64,000 nucleotides of DNA from contig NZ_PKUB01000041.1 in the NCBI RefSeq assembly GCF_002868845.1, positions 102,710 to 166,709 on the forward strand, read 5' to 3'. This document shows, piece after piece, positions 20,813 to 31,006 of the stretch. The translations under genes were made by a program, and so were the position numbers. The notes beneath the pieces are model-generated. The model worked only from the letters and a program-made list of their open reading frames with translations. It ran no database searches and was not told the DNA's origin. Source of the stretch: Desulfuromonas sp. (GTDB taxonomy: Bacteria > Desulfobacterota > Desulfuromonadia > Desulfuromonadales > BM501). Every line of letters starts with the position of its first letter. Position 1 is the first letter of the stretch.

Positions 20813-22729
20813 TTAATACTTCTTGCTTTCGTCCACCTCTTCGAACTCGGCCTCCACGACGTCTTCCTCGGCCGGGGCGGCCTCGCCTTCGGCAGCCTCG
20901 CCCTCCCCTGCGGCGCCGGCCGCCTGGGCCTGGGCGTACATGGCCTCGGCCAGTTTGTGGGAGGCCTGGGCCAGCTCCTCGGTCTTCTTCTTGATCTCCT
21001 CGGCGTCGTCCCCCTCCATGGCCTTCTTCAGCTCGGCGAGGGCCGCCTCGATCTTCTCCTTGGTCTCGGCGTCGATCTTGTCGGCATGCTCGGAAACGGA
21101 CTTCTCGGTGGTGTAGACGAGGCCGTCGGCCTGGTTGCGAGCCTCGATCAGTTCCCGCTTCTGCTGATCCTCGGAGGCGTGGGACTCGGCGTCCTTCACC
21201 ATCTTTTCGATCTCCTCGTCGGAGAGACCGCTGGAGGCGGTGATGCGGATCGACTGCTCCTTGCCGGTGCCGAGATCTTTGGCGGCGACATGGAGGATGC
21301 CGTTGGCGTCGATGTCGAAGGTCACCTCGACCTGAGGCACGCCGCGGGGCGCCGGGGGTATCCCCACCAGCTCGAAGCGGCCGATGGTCTTATTGTCGCC
21401 GGCCATCTCCCGCTCCCCCTGCAGCACGTGGACCGAAACGGCGGGCTGGTTGTCTGCGGCGGTGGAGAATGTCTGGCTCTTTTTGGCCGGGATGGTCGTG
21501 TTCTTGTCGATCAGCTTGGTCATCACCCCGCCGAGGGTCTCGATGCCCAAGGAGAGGGGGGTGACGTCGAGAAGCAGGACGTCCTTGACTTCGCCCTTGA
21601 GGACGCCGCCCTGGATGGCGGCGCCGATGGCAACCACCTCGTCGGGGTTGACCCCCTTGCTGGGGGCCTTGCCGAAGATCTCCTGGACCTTGGCCTGCAC
21701 CGCAGGCATGCGGGTCATGCCGCCGACCAGGATCACCTCGTCGATCTCCGAAGCCGACAGGCCGGCGTCCTTGAGGGCGGTCCTGCACGGACCGGCAAGC
21801 TTGCCCAGGAGTTCGCCGCAGATGCTCTCGAGCTTGGCACTGCTGAGCTTGATGTTCATGTGCTTGGGGCCGCTCTGGTCGGCGGTGATGAAGGGCAGGT
21901 TGATGTCCGTCTCCATGCTCGAGGAGAGTTCGCACTTGGCCTTCTCGGACGCCTCCTTGAGGCGCTGCAGGGCCATCTTGTCGCCCCGCAGATCGATCCC
22001 CTGCTCCTTCTTGAACTCGTCGGCCACGTAGTCGATGATGCGCTGGTCGAAATCCTCGCCGCCGAGAAAGGTGTCGCCGTTGGTCGACTTGACTTCGAAC
22101 ACCCCGTCGCCGAGTTCCAGGACGGAGACGTCGAAGGTGCCTCCGCCGAGGTCGAATACGGCGATCTTCTCCTCCTCTTTCTTCTCCAGGCCGTAAGCGA
22201 GGGAAGCGGCGGTCGGCTCGTTGATGATCCGCAGCACGTTGAGGCCGGAGATCTTCCCGGCGTCCTTCGTGGCCTGGCGCTGGGAGTCGTTGAAGTAGGC
22301 CGGGACCGTGACGACGGCGTCGGTGACCTCCTCGCCCAGGTAGTCCTCTGCGGTCTGCTTCATCTTCTGCAGGACCATGGCGGAGATCTCCGGCGGGCTG
22401 TAGCCCTTGCCGCGGGCCTCGACCCATGCATCGCCGTTATCGGCCTTGATGATTTTGAAGGGGCTGATCTTGATATCCTTCCGGACCGCCTCGGAATCGT
22501 ACTTGCGGCCGATAAGGCGCTTGATGGCGAACAGGGTGTTCTCCGGGTTGGTGACGGCTTGACGCTTGGCGTGCTGGCCGGTCAGGCGCTCGCCGCTCTC
22601 GGTGAAGGCCACCATGGACGGGGTAGTGCGCGATCCTTCGGCATTGGCGATGACGACGGGCTCGCCCCCCTCCATGACCGCCACGCACGAGTTGGTGGTG
22701 CCGAGATCGATACCGATGACTTTACCCAT
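20813..22729 (-). CDS. dnaK: Chaperone DnaK (Hsp70)
   Basis: 638 aa. [23 protein letters not shown] and [11 protein letters not shown] signatures. Confidence 0.98.
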   Translation of the reverse strand: MGKVIGIDLGTTNSCVAVMEGGEPVVIANAEGSRTTPSMVAFTESGERLTGQHAKRQAVTNPENTLFAIKRLIGRKYDSEAVRKDIKISPFKIIKADNGDAWVEARGKGYSPPEISAMVLQKMKQTAEDYLGEEVTDAVVTVPAYFNDSQRQATKDAGKISGLNVLRIINEPTAASLAYGLEKKEEEKIAVFDLGGGTFDVSVLELGDGVFEVKSTNGDTFLGGEDFDQRIIDYVADEFKKEQGIDLRGDKMALQRLKEASEKAKCELSSSMETDINLPFITADQSGPKHMNIKLSSAKLESICGELLGKLAGPCRTALKDAGLSASEIDEVILVGGMTRMPAVQAKVQEIFGKAPSKGVNPDEVVAIGAAIQGGVLKGEVKDVLLLDVTPLSLGIETLGGVMTKLIDKNTTIPAKKSQTFSTAADNQPAVSVHVLQGEREMAGDNKTIGRFELVGIPPAPRGVPQVEVTFDIDANGILHVAAKDLGTGKEQSIRITASSGLSDEEIEKMVKDAESHASEDQQKRELIEARNQADGLVYTTEKSVSEHADKIDAETKEKIEAALAELKKAMEGDDAEEIKKKTEELAQASHKLAEAMYAQAQAAGAAGEGEAAEGEAAPAEEDVVEAEFEEVDESKKY

Positions 22730-22789
22730 GATTTATATCCTCCTTTGTTCTCTTGGTTGTAAAAATTGTGACTGCCGGCCCACGTCTTT

Positions 22790-23392
22790 TCATTCGGCGT
22801 CGGGGCCCTTTTCCGGTGCGGGCGCCTTGGCCACCATGACCAGGGCCGGCCGCAGCAGCCGGTCGTTCAACATGCATCCCTTTTGCAGTTCCTGTACAAC
22901 GGTATTGGGGGGATGCTCACTGCTCTCGAGCTGGCCCATGGCCTCATGACGCGAAGGGTCGAAGGCCTCCCCCACGGCGCTGAAGGGGGTCACGCCGAAC
23001 TTCTCCAGGGCCTTTTGGAACTGGCTGAGAGTCATCTCCACCCCCTCCAGGAGCCCCTCGCCGCCCCCCTCGCTCTGGCGGGCGTGGTCCACGGCCCGCT
23101 CCAGGTTGTCGAGCACCGGCAGGACCTCCCGGAGCATGTTCTCATTGGCGAAACGAACCAGTTCCTCCTTGTCCCGCTGGGTCCGCTTGCGGTAATTCTC
23201 GAGGTCGGCCCGGGCCCGCAGGTAGAGGTCCTTGTTCTTCTCGGCCTCCTCCCGGCTGGCGGCGAGCTCCTCTTCCAAGCCCGGCTCGCCCGCAGCGTCC
23301 TGTTCCTCGGACTCAGCGGCCTCCCGGGCCGCCGTCTGCTCTTCGACCGTAACCGGCTTTTCTTCCTCTTGCTGTTTCTTCTTCTTGGCCAA
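22790..23392 (-). CDS. grpE: Nucleotide exchange factor GrpE
   Basis: 200 aa. Acidic N-terminus, then YLRARADLENYRKR and a GrpE C-terminal domain. Confidence 0.95.
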   Translation of the reverse strand: MAKKKKQQEEEKPVTVEEQTAAREAAESEEQDAAGEPGLEEELAASREEAEKNKDLYLRARADLENYRKRTQRDKEELVRFANENMLREVLPVLDNLERAVDHARQSEGGGEGLLEGVEMTLSQFQKALEKFGVTPFSAVGEAFDPSRHEAMGQLESSEHPPNTVVQELQKGCMLNDRLLRPALVMVAKAPAPEKGPDAE

Positions 23393-23409
23393 CGTCTTTT
23401 TTCTCCCGT

Positions 23410-24456
23410 TTATGTGTCCAGTTCCAGAACCTGGCTAACCAGCCTGGCGGTATAGTCGACAATAGGAATAACCAGCGAGTAGGACATGCGGCTCGGCCCG
23501 ATGACCCCAAGGGTGCCGATCGCCCCCCCGCAGTTGGAATAGGTCGAGGTGATGAGGCTGAAACCCTCCAGTTCGCTGTATTCGGACTGGCTTCCGATAA
23601 AGATCTGCACACCCTGGGCCCGCTGGCTTTTGTCGAGCAGTTCCACCAGCTGGCTCTTCTGCTCGAAGGCCCGAAACAAGCGCTTCATCCGCCCCATGTC
23701 GGCGATTTCGGGCTGCTCCAGGATATTGGAGGCGCCCTCGATGAAGACCTGGCCGCCCATCTCGTCGCTCAGGGCCTCCTGGGAGAGCTTCAGGGCGCGC
23801 TGCAGAAGCTTGTCGTAGAGGGCCTTCTCCTTGGCCATCTCGGCGATCAGGCGCAGCTTCGCGTCCTGGATGGTCAACCCCGAAAGGGTGCGGTTCAAAT
23901 AGTTTGTGATCTGCTCGAGTTCGCGGGGGGTGACCTCCTCCTCGACCTCGATGATTTTGTTCTGCACCAGCCCCGACTGGGTGACAAAGACGACCAGGAC
24001 CTTGCCCCTGGAGAGGCTGATGAACTCAATATGGCGAAAGACCGTGGTGTTGAGCCGGGGGGCCATGACGATCCCCGCGTAGTGAGAGATTTGGGAGAGA
24101 ACCTTGCCGGCCCCGCGCAGCCGCTCCTCCATGCGGAGCCCGTCGAGACGGTACTTCCTCTCGATGCGCAAACGCTCCTGCTCGCTCAACTCCCGCACCT
24201 GAAGCAGGGTATCCACGTAGAAGCGGTAGCCCTTTTCCGTGGGAATCCGGCCCGCAGAGGTGTGGGGGGAGACGATGTAGCCCATCTCCTCCAGGTCGGC
24301 CATGACGTTGCGGACGGTGGCCGGGGAGAGCCCGATGCGGTGGCGCCGACTGACCGTGCGGGAACCGATCGGCTCCGCCGAGTCGATATAATCCTCTATG
24401 ATCGCCTCGAGGATCTTGCGACTGCGATCGTTGAGCTTTTCGCTCATCTGCGTCAC
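23410..24456 (-). CDS. hrcA: Heat-inducible transcription repressor HrcA
   Basis: LNDRSRKILEAIIEDYIDSAEPIGSRTVS..SPATVRNVMADLEEMGYI is typical of HrcA. GTG start at 24456 or ATG at 24447. Confidence 0.93.
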   Translation of the reverse strand: MTQMSEKLNDRSRKILEAIIEDYIDSAEPIGSRTVSRRHRIGLSPATVRNVMADLEEMGYIVSPHTSAGRIPTEKGYRFYVDTLLQVRELSEQERLRIERKYRLDGLRMEERLRGAGKVLSQISHYAGIVMAPRLNTTVFRHIEFISLSRGKVLVVFVTQSGLVQNKIIEVEEEVTPRELEQITNYLNRTLSGLTIQDAKLRLIAEMAKEKALYDKLLQRALKLSQEALSDEMGGQVFIEGASNILEQPEIADMGRMKRLFRAFEQKSQLVELLDKSQRAQGVQIFIGSQSEYSELEGFSLITSTYSNCGGAIGTLGVIGPSRMSYSLVIPIVDYTARLVSQVLELDT

Positions 24457-24507
24457 CGCCCCCCCAGAAAAAACTCAAGCCGGAAAAACCCGGCCCTTCA
24501 ATTTCGT

Positions 24508-24534
24508 TTAGCACTCCAGGGGTTAGAGTGCCAG
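24508..24534. promoter_or_regulatory. CIRCE operator (HrcA binding site) upstream of hrcA
   Basis: TTAGCACTC-CAGGGGTTA-GAGTGCCAG compared with the consensus TTAGCACTC-N9-GAGTGCTAA. One arm is perfect and the other matches 6 of 9. It lies 52-87 bp upstream of the hrcA start. Confidence 0.8.
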
Positions 24535-24603
24535 CCGAAGACAAAATAACAACGCCCTACCCCTTTGTCAAGGCTTAGGGGGCGGGAAAAATCACCGCCG
24601 TCC

Positions 24604-25725
24604 CTAGAGAAAAGCGCTTATCAGGTGGTCGTAGAGAAGCCACCCCTGAAGGTCCATCCGCCAGTGCCCCCCCTCCAGCCGCAGCCGCCCCCCGAGATGC
24701 TCGGCCGCCGCCGGGAAGGCCTCGGCCACCCCGAGTCCGAAACGGGCCCGGAAGGAGGCCTCCGCGACCCCCGACGCGGTGCGCAGACCCAGGTAGAGGG
24801 TCTCGGCCATCGCCCCCCGGCGGTCGAAGCGCTCCAGGGTTTGAGCCGGGTCCTCGCCCCGCTTTAGGGCCGCGGCATACGCGCCAAGATCAGGAGGAAC
24901 GGCCCGGCGCTCGCCCCATCCCCGCCCCGCAAAGGAATGGGCCCCGGCTCCCAGGCCGAAGTAGGGCAGCCGCTGCCAGTAGCGAAGGTTGTGGCGGCAC
25001 TCCCGGCCCGGCAGGGCATAGTTGGAGATTTCGTAGTGCCCGTACCCGGACCCGGCGAGCCGTTCGTGCAAAGCGCAGAAAAGCTCGGCGTAACGCTCCT
25101 CGTCGGGCAGGTCCAACCCTCCGGCACGGTGCTGATGGTGAAAGGGGGTCCCTTCCTCCATAGACAGGCCGTAGCAGGAGAGGTGCTCCGGCGCCCAGGC
25201 CAGTACCTCCTCCAGGTCCCGAAGCAGATCTGCGGCGCTCTGGCCGGGCAGGGCGAACATCAGATCGCAGGAGAGGTTGTCGAATCCGGCGGAGCGGGCC
25301 AAGGAGACGGCCCGGCGGGCCTCCCCCGGGCTGTGGATGCGTCCGAGCCGCTGCAGGTGCCTTCCGGAGAGGGACTGAACCCCCAGGGAGAGGCGGTTCA
25401 CCCCCGCGGCCCGGTAGCCCGCCAGCGACTGCAAGGAGAGGGTTCCGGGGTTGGCCTCCAGGGAGACCTCCGCCCCGGCCTCCAGGCCGAAGCGCCTGTC
25501 GGCGGCCGCCAGGATCCGGCCGACATCCGCCGGGGCCAACAGGGACGGCGTGCCGCCGCCGAAAAAGACGCTGTCGAAGGGACCCCAGCCCTCCTCGTAC
25601 TGAAGTTGCCCGATCAGCAGGTCGGGATAGCCGGCGAGGGCCTCGTCGCTCTCCTGGACCGAGTAAAAGTCGCAGTAGGGGCACTTGCGCCGGCAGAAGG
25701 GGATGTGAAGGTAGAGTCCGGACAT
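24604..25725 (-). CDS. hemW: Radical-SAM heme chaperone HemW / oxygen-independent coproporphyrinogen oxidase-like protein
   Basis: The ATG at 25725 gives MSGLYLHIPFCRRKCPYCDFYS (CxxxCxxC radical-SAM motif). About 373 aa, typical HemW length. The track ORF to 26445 is a spurious extension into the nhaD antisense strand. Confidence 0.85.
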   Translation of the reverse strand: MSGLYLHIPFCRRKCPYCDFYSVQESDEALAGYPDLLIGQLQYEEGWGPFDSVFFGGGTPSLLAPADVGRILAAADRRFGLEAGAEVSLEANPGTLSLQSLAGYRAAGVNRLSLGVQSLSGRHLQRLGRIHSPGEARRAVSLARSAGFDNLSCDLMFALPGQSAADLLRDLEEVLAWAPEHLSCYGLSMEEGTPFHHQHRAGGLDLPDEERYAELFCALHERLAGSGYGHYEISNYALPGRECRHNLRYWQRLPYFGLGAGAHSFAGRGWGERRAVPPDLGAYAAALKRGEDPAQTLERFDRRGAMAETLYLGLRTASGVAEASFRARFGLGVAEAFPAAAEHLGGRLRLEGGHWRMDLQGWLLYDHLISAFL

Positions 25726-25784
25726 GAAAAAAGCGGGGGGATGACTCCCCCCGCCTCCTCTTTTGATCGAGCCGGGCCGGCCGA

Positions 25785-27284
25785 CTAGTGAAAGTACTTG
25801 GCGTTGAGGAACAGGTGCACCGCGATGCTCGCCGCATAGCCGAGGGCGATAGCCCAGGTCCACTTGAGGTGGTTTCCGAAGGTGTAGATGCCCCGGGCGG
25901 TCCCCATCAGGGCCACGCCGGCGGCCGAACCGACCGACAGCATGGAGCCGCCGCACCCGGCGGTCAGGGTCACCAGCAACCACTGGCCGTGGCTCATGTG
26001 GGGGTCCATGGTCAGCACCGCGAACATCACCGGGATGTTGTCGACGATCGCCGAGAGGATCCCGACCAGGACGTTGGCGGTCGTCGGGCCGAGATCGAGG
26101 TACATGAAGTTGGACGCCATCGCTAGGTAGCCGAACTGGCCGAGGCCGCCGACGCAGAGGATGACCCCGTAGAAGAAGAGGAGGGTGTCCCACTCGGCGC
26201 GGGCGATCTTGCGGAAGAGGTCGAAGCCGGAGGCCTGCCCATGGCCGCCGTGAGGAGCAGGGTCGCAATGCTCGTCGGGGTTGTGACCGGTCACGTCGAG
26301 GGGCTGGTCGCCGCTCAGGAGCCGGTTTTCCCGTTTTTTCAGGAAATAGGAGAAGAAGCCGAGGTAGCCGAGGCCAAGCATCATGCCGGTCGCCGGAGGC
26401 AGGTGGAGGAAGTTGTGGAAAGAGACGGCGGTGACGATGGTGCACAGGAAGAGGCCGATGATCCGCTTGGCGCCGAGCTTCATCTGGATCGCCTCGGCCA
26501 GGGCCGCGGGGCGCTCCTTGGCCACCGCGAAGCTCATGATCACCGCGGGCACCAGCCAGTTGACGAGGGAGGGGAGGAAGATGGCGAAGAACTCGACGAA
26601 CTCCACCTTCCCCTTCTGCCAGACCATCAGGGTGGTGATGTCGCCGAAGGGGGAGAAGGCGCCCCCGGCGTTGGCCGCGACGACCACGTTGATGCAGGCG
26701 ACGATCACGAAGCGCCTGTTGCTGCCCCCGACGGCCATCACCACGGCGCCCATGAGCAGGGCGGTGGTCAGGTTGTCAGCCAGGGGGGAGATGAGGAAGG
26801 AGAGCACGCCGGTGATCCAGAAGACGACCCGCAGGGTGAATCCCCTGGAGACGAGCCAGGAGCGCAGGGCCTGAAAGACGTTGCGTTCTTCCATGGCATT
26901 GATGTAGGTCATCGCCGCCAGCAGGAAGAGGAAGAGCTCGGCGTACTCGATGAGGTTGTGCTTGATCGCGTCGTGGGGAGTGTGGGTGTCTCCAATGGCC
27001 GCGTAGGCGAGGGCCACAAGGACCCAGATGATCCCGGCGGCGAGGATCACCGGCTTGCTTTTGCGCAAGTGAAGCTGCTCTTCGAAAATGACCAGAGAGT
27101 AGGCGGCGACAAAGAGGACCAGCCCGAGATAGCCATAGGCCGAAGAGGCGAGACTCATGTTGATTTCCGCCCCGCCGCTGGCCGCCGCCGGCACAGCCGT
27201 TACCAACAGGCCAAAGAGACCCAATATACATCTTTTCACAAATCCGCCCTTTCCCGGTGCCCGGCGAAAAAATCGCCGGAACAA
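25785..27284 (-). CDS. nhaD: NhaD-type Na+/H+ antiporter
   Basis: Polytopic membrane protein. LAAMTYINAMEERNVFQALRSWLV..PLADNLTTALLMGAV resembles the NhaD family as I recall it. The start is uncertain because a signal-like N-terminus is present. Confidence 0.8.
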   Translation of the reverse strand: MFRRFFRRAPGKGGFVKRCILGLFGLLVTAVPAAASGGAEINMSLASSAYGYLGLVLFVAAYSLVIFEEQLHLRKSKPVILAAGIIWVLVALAYAAIGDTHTPHDAIKHNLIEYAELFLFLLAAMTYINAMEERNVFQALRSWLVSRGFTLRVVFWITGVLSFLISPLADNLTTALLMGAVVMAVGGSNRRFVIVACINVVVAANAGGAFSPFGDITTLMVWQKGKVEFVEFFAIFLPSLVNWLVPAVIMSFAVAKERPAALAEAIQMKLGAKRIIGLFLCTIVTAVSFHNFLHLPPATGMMLGLGYLGFFSYFLKKRENRLLSGDQPLDVTGHNPDEHCDPAPHGGHGQASGFDLFRKIARAEWDTLLFFYGVILCVGGLGQFGYLAMASNFMYLDLGPTTANVLVGILSAIVDNIPVMFAVLTMDPHMSHGQWLLVTLTAGCGGSMLSVGSAAGVALMGTARGIYTFGNHLKWTWAIALGYAASIAVHLFLNAKYFH

Positions 27285-27526
27285 AATAGTAATGAGGGCC
27301 CGACGCCCCTCTGCCCCTCGGACATCAGGCCCCGTACCCCAGACGTGTTCCGTTCGAATAAAACAGTTTATTTACTAGCACTCTGCCCCGGCGGTGTCAA
27401 GGGAAAGCGCCGGTTGCAAGGGGCTTGCCCCGGAGAGCGGGCTAATCTATAATGCCCCCTTGATCAGGGGCCGAACAATCCTCTCTATTTTTTATAACAC
27501 TATTTTATTATACTTGGGAGACAGGA

Positions 27527-28318
27527 ATGAACCGGAAGCTTTGCGCCTCGGCCGTGCAGTTCAACATCACCCTCGGCGACGTAGACGCCAACCTCGCAAA
27601 GGCCCTGTCCAGAATCCGCAGGGTCCATGGGGAGGGCGCCCTTCTTGCCGTGCTGCCGGAGATGTGGAGCTGCGGCTACGCCTACAAACACCTTTCGACT
27701 TTGGCCGAACAAACCCCGCGAGTGATCGCCGCACTGCAGGAGATTACCGCCGAACTCGGAATGGTCATCGTCGGCAGCCTTCCCGAAAAGGCAGGGGACA
27801 CGCTCCACAACACCGCCTATGTCATCGACCAGGGGACGGTGGCCGGAAGCTACCGCAAACTCCACCTCTTCTCGACCATGGGAGAGGATCGTTTTCTCAC
27901 CGGTGGCGACCGGACTCTGGTCGTGCCGACCTCCGTCGGCCGCCTCGGGGTCGCTATCTGCTACGACCTGCGCTTTCCCGAACTCTTCCGCAAAATGGCT
28001 CTCGAGGGTGCAGAAATCCTCTGCCTCCCCGCCGAGTGGCCCAAGCCCCGCCAGGAGCACTGGCGTACCCTGCTTCGCGCCCGAGCCATCGAAAACCAGG
28101 TCTTCGTCGCCGCGGCCAACTGCTGCGGCGTCCAGGGCAAGCTTGACTTCTTCGGCATGAGCCTTCTCATCTCGCCCCGGGGGGAGGTGCTCGCCGAGGC
28201 CGGGGAGACCGACGCCGAACTGAGCGCCCAGTTCGATTTCGAGGAGATGGCCAACTACCGCTTTCAGATACCCTGCTTTAAAGACCGCCGTCCCGAGATC
28301 TACGGTTCCCTGCCCTGA
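27527..28318 (+). CDS. Carbon-nitrogen hydrolase family protein (nitrilase/amidase superfamily)
   Basis: 263 aa. Glu-Lys-Cys triad context: LPEMW, YRKLHLF, GVAICYDLRFPE. Confidence 0.85.
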   Translation: MNRKLCASAVQFNITLGDVDANLAKALSRIRRVHGEGALLAVLPEMWSCGYAYKHLSTLAEQTPRVIAALQEITAELGMVIVGSLPEKAGDTLHNTAYVIDQGTVAGSYRKLHLFSTMGEDRFLTGGDRTLVVPTSVGRLGVAICYDLRFPELFRKMALEGAEILCLPAEWPKPRQEHWRTLLRARAIENQVFVAAANCCGVQGKLDFFGMSLLISPRGEVLAEAGETDAELSAQFDFEEMANYRFQIPCFKDRRPEIYGSLP

Positions 28319-28455
28319 GACACCGGAGGCCGTCCCTCCCTTTTTCAGACAACCGACAGAGATCTTCCGGACCGGTTTTTCTTAGGCTTCCTCGAGAAAA
28401 GCCGAAAAGGGTTTTCCTGCGAAGCTCGGAGAAGGCCCCGGAAAGCTTTCGACTC

Positions 28456-28809
28456 TCAGCGGACCAGCACCTGCGCCTCACCGCGATATTCGGGAGGAAC
28501 GTCCTTCAGGTCGTCGACAAACCGCAGAGCCCCTTCCCGATCCAGGTAGAAATAGCGGGGCGTTCCCTCTCCCGAGGTTGCCGCGGGGGAGTCGCCGACC
28601 TGCCCCGCGTTCCCCTCGATGACCCCCTCCACAGTCTCTCCACCGCGGCAACCCAGGCCGATCAGGCGGATGCGAAAATCCCGATAAAACCTCTGCGCCT
28701 CATTGAGAACGGGCGGACTCAGGGGAACCCGGGTCAAAAGCTGATCCGCCCCCAGCAACAGGGCGAAGAACAGCACCGTCCAAAGAACAAACCGGAGCAG
28801 GCTTTTCAT
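28456..28809 (-). CDS. Small exported protein of unknown function
   Basis: 117 aa with an N-terminal hydrophobic signal/anchor MKSLLRFVLWTVLFFALLLGA. No confident family was recognised. Confidence 0.45.
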   Translation of the reverse strand: MKSLLRFVLWTVLFFALLLGADQLLTRVPLSPPVLNEAQRFYRDFRIRLIGLGCRGGETVEGVIEGNAGQVGDSPAATSGEGTPRYFYLDREGALRFVDDLKDVPPEYRGEAQVLVR

Positions 28810-28859
28810 GGTCTATCTTCTTTCCCGAAGCCGGCCCCCCCAAAGAAGGAGGAGGCTGC

Positions 28860-29819
28860 TCAATGATGGTGGTCATGCCCGCGGTGACCGTGGGAACAAA
28901 GGCTCGAACGCCGGGGGCGGTGCTCGAGCTGCTGGATCAGCGGCTCGGTCATGCAGCGGGAACACTCGGCCTGCAGGGTGGTGTGGGTGATGTGGTAATC
29001 ATGCTCCAGCATCTCCTCGATCACGCCGGTGACCTCCCCCTGCCGCAACCGGTAACCGGGCTCAAGATCGATATGCGCCGAAAGAGCTGAAATGTGGGAG
29101 CAAATCGACCAGACGTGCAGATGGTGAACGTCGCTGACCCCCTCGACCGCGCGCATCCTCTCCACCACCTCGGAGACCTCCACCCCGGGCGGCACTCCCT
29201 CAAGCAGAATGTGGGCGGCCTCCCGGACAACCCGGACCCCTCCCCACACGATGATCAGGGCGATGCCTGCTGAAATCAGGGCATCGATCACGAACCAGCC
29301 GGTGAAAAGCATGATCAGGCCGCCGATGATGACCCCCACCGAGGCGATGGCATCCCCCAAGACATGGAGAAAGGCACTTCGCACGTTGAGGTCGTCGTGG
29401 GCATGGCCGTGAAGCCGGCCGGCGGCCACCAGGTTCATCACCAGGCCGATCGTGGCGATGACGAACATTTCCTTGCTCTTGACCGCCTCCGGGCTCTGGA
29501 ATCGACCCCAGGCCTCGTGAAGGATGCCGAAAGCGATGAGTATCAGGGTGCCGCCGTTGATCAGGGAAGCAAAGATCTCGGCCCGGTGCCAGCCGTAGGT
29601 GCGGCGGTCTGTGGCGGGCAGGGTGGCCAGACGGATCGCCACGAGAGAGAGGACCAGCGCGAACAGGTCCATGAAGACGTGAGCGGCGTCGGAGAGCAGA
29701 GCCAGGGAATTGGTCCAGAATCCGCCAACCAGTTCGGTCACGAGGGTGACCGCGGTCAGGACGATGGCGAAGGCGAAACCACGGCTGATACTGCTGTCCA
29801 GATGTCGCGCCTCACCCAT
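28860..29819 (-). CDS. Cation diffusion facilitator (CDF) family divalent-metal efflux transporter
   Basis: LLSDAAHVFMDLFAL and HVLGDAIASVGVI (TM2/TM5 metal sites). His-rich C-terminus HGHRGHDHHH. Confidence 0.9.
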   Translation of the reverse strand: MGEARHLDSSISRGFAFAIVLTAVTLVTELVGGFWTNSLALLSDAAHVFMDLFALVLSLVAIRLATLPATDRRTYGWHRAEIFASLINGGTLILIAFGILHEAWGRFQSPEAVKSKEMFVIATIGLVMNLVAAGRLHGHAHDDLNVRSAFLHVLGDAIASVGVIIGGLIMLFTGWFVIDALISAGIALIIVWGGVRVVREAAHILLEGVPPGVEVSEVVERMRAVEGVSDVHHLHVWSICSHISALSAHIDLEPGYRLRQGEVTGVIEEMLEHDYHITHTTLQAECSRCMTEPLIQQLEHRPRRSSLCSHGHRGHDHHH

Positions 29820-30079
29820 CTTCCACGCTCCTTCCCGGCCCTCCGCTGTCGCATTTTAGTCCCAGGAGTGACCGAAAGCAAGGGCCTTGTCCGGTGCGTG
29901 TCCCCTCGACTGCCCGGTTCACTTTTTGCGGACCCTGTGGTATGGTTCTGCGAAATATAATTCCCACTTAATGTTACCCGATAAAAGGGGGGGCGGGGGC
30001 AGACCCCACCCACCTGCCCGCAGCGGGAAGCGCGCAGTCGCTGATAGGACTGTAGGAAAATTCCACTCTGGAGATGTGC

Positions 30080-31006
30080 ATGAACCAGGAAGTCTACGAC
30101 GTTGTCATCATCGGAGGGGGCCCCGCGGGGCTCACCGCCGGCCTTTATACCTCGCGCGCCAAGCTCAGGTCCCTGCTCGTAGAGCGGATGATCATGGGTG
30201 GGCAAGTCATGACGACCACCAAGGTGGAGAACTATCCGGGCTTTCCGGGAGGGATCGACGGACCCGACCTGATGACCCGCTTTCAGGAACACTGCCAGGA
30301 ATTCGGCCTAGAAGTTGAAACGGGCGAGGTGCAGAACCTCCTGGAGCGGGGCAAGGAAAAGATCGTGGTGATCGACGGCCGCGAGGTGCGGACCCGGGCC
30401 GTCATCATCACCACCGGAGCCGAACCGCGCAAGCTCGGGGTTCCCGGCGAAGAGAAATTCACCGGGCGAGGGGTCTCCTACTGCGCCACCTGCGACGGCG
30501 CCTTTTTCCGCGAGGTGCCTGTGGCTATCGTCGGGGGGGGGGATACGGCGGTCGAGGAGGCCCTTTTCCTGACCCGCTTCGCGAGCAAGGTCTACCTGAT
30601 CCACCGACGGGGCGAACTGCGCGCCACCAAGATCCTCCAGGATCGGCTCTTTGCCAACGAAAAGATCGAAGTGCTCTGGAATTCGTCCGTCGAACGGGTC
30701 GAGGGCGACACCTCCGGCATGACGGCGGCGGTAGTGCGGGACACGGTCAGCGAAGAGAGGCGCTCCCTGGAACTGCACGGTCTGTTCGTCGCCATCGGCG
30801 TCACCCCCAAGGCCCAGTTCCTCGCCGACATCCTTCAGCTCGACCCGGACGGCCACATCCTCACCGACGCCGAGTGCCGCACCTCCATGCCGGGAGTCTT
30901 CGCCGCCGGGGACGTCCGCAAGAAGATCCTCAAGCAGATCGCCACGGCGGTTGGCGATGGCGCCGTCGCCGCCATCATGGCCGAAAAATACCTCATGGAG
31001 GAGTAG
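30080..31006 (+). CDS. trxB: Thioredoxin-disulfide reductase
   Basis: VVIIGGGPAGL FAD motif and the CATCDG redox-active site. The ATG at 30080 lies 7 nt after GGAG (alternative ATG at 30074). Confidence 0.93.
   Translation: MNQEVYDVVIIGGGPAGLTAGLYTSRAKLRSLLVERMIMGGQVMTTTKVENYPGFPGGIDGPDLMTRFQEHCQEFGLEVETGEVQNLLERGKEKIVVIDGREVRTRAVIITTGAEPRKLGVPGEEKFTGRGVSYCATCDGAFFREVPVAIVGGGDTAVEEALFLTRFASKVYLIHRRGELRATKILQDRLFANEKIEVLWNSSVERVEGDTSGMTAAVVRDTVSEERRSLELHGLFVAIGVTPKAQFLADILQLDPDGHILTDAECRTSMPGVFAAGDVRKKILKQIATAVGDGAVAAIMAEKYLMEE

Noticed and set aside
24604-26445. 613-aa ORF suggesting a much longer HemW.
   Set aside because: The radical-SAM motif begins right at the internal ATG at 25725, which gives a normal HemW length. 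The upstream 240 codons are R/P-rich and lie antisense to nhaD.
27413-27453. TTGCAA ... TATAAT promoter-like pair upstream of the C-N hydrolase gene.
   Set aside because: The spacer is about 28 nt, far from the 16-18 nt optimum. Only the -10-like hexamer is credible.
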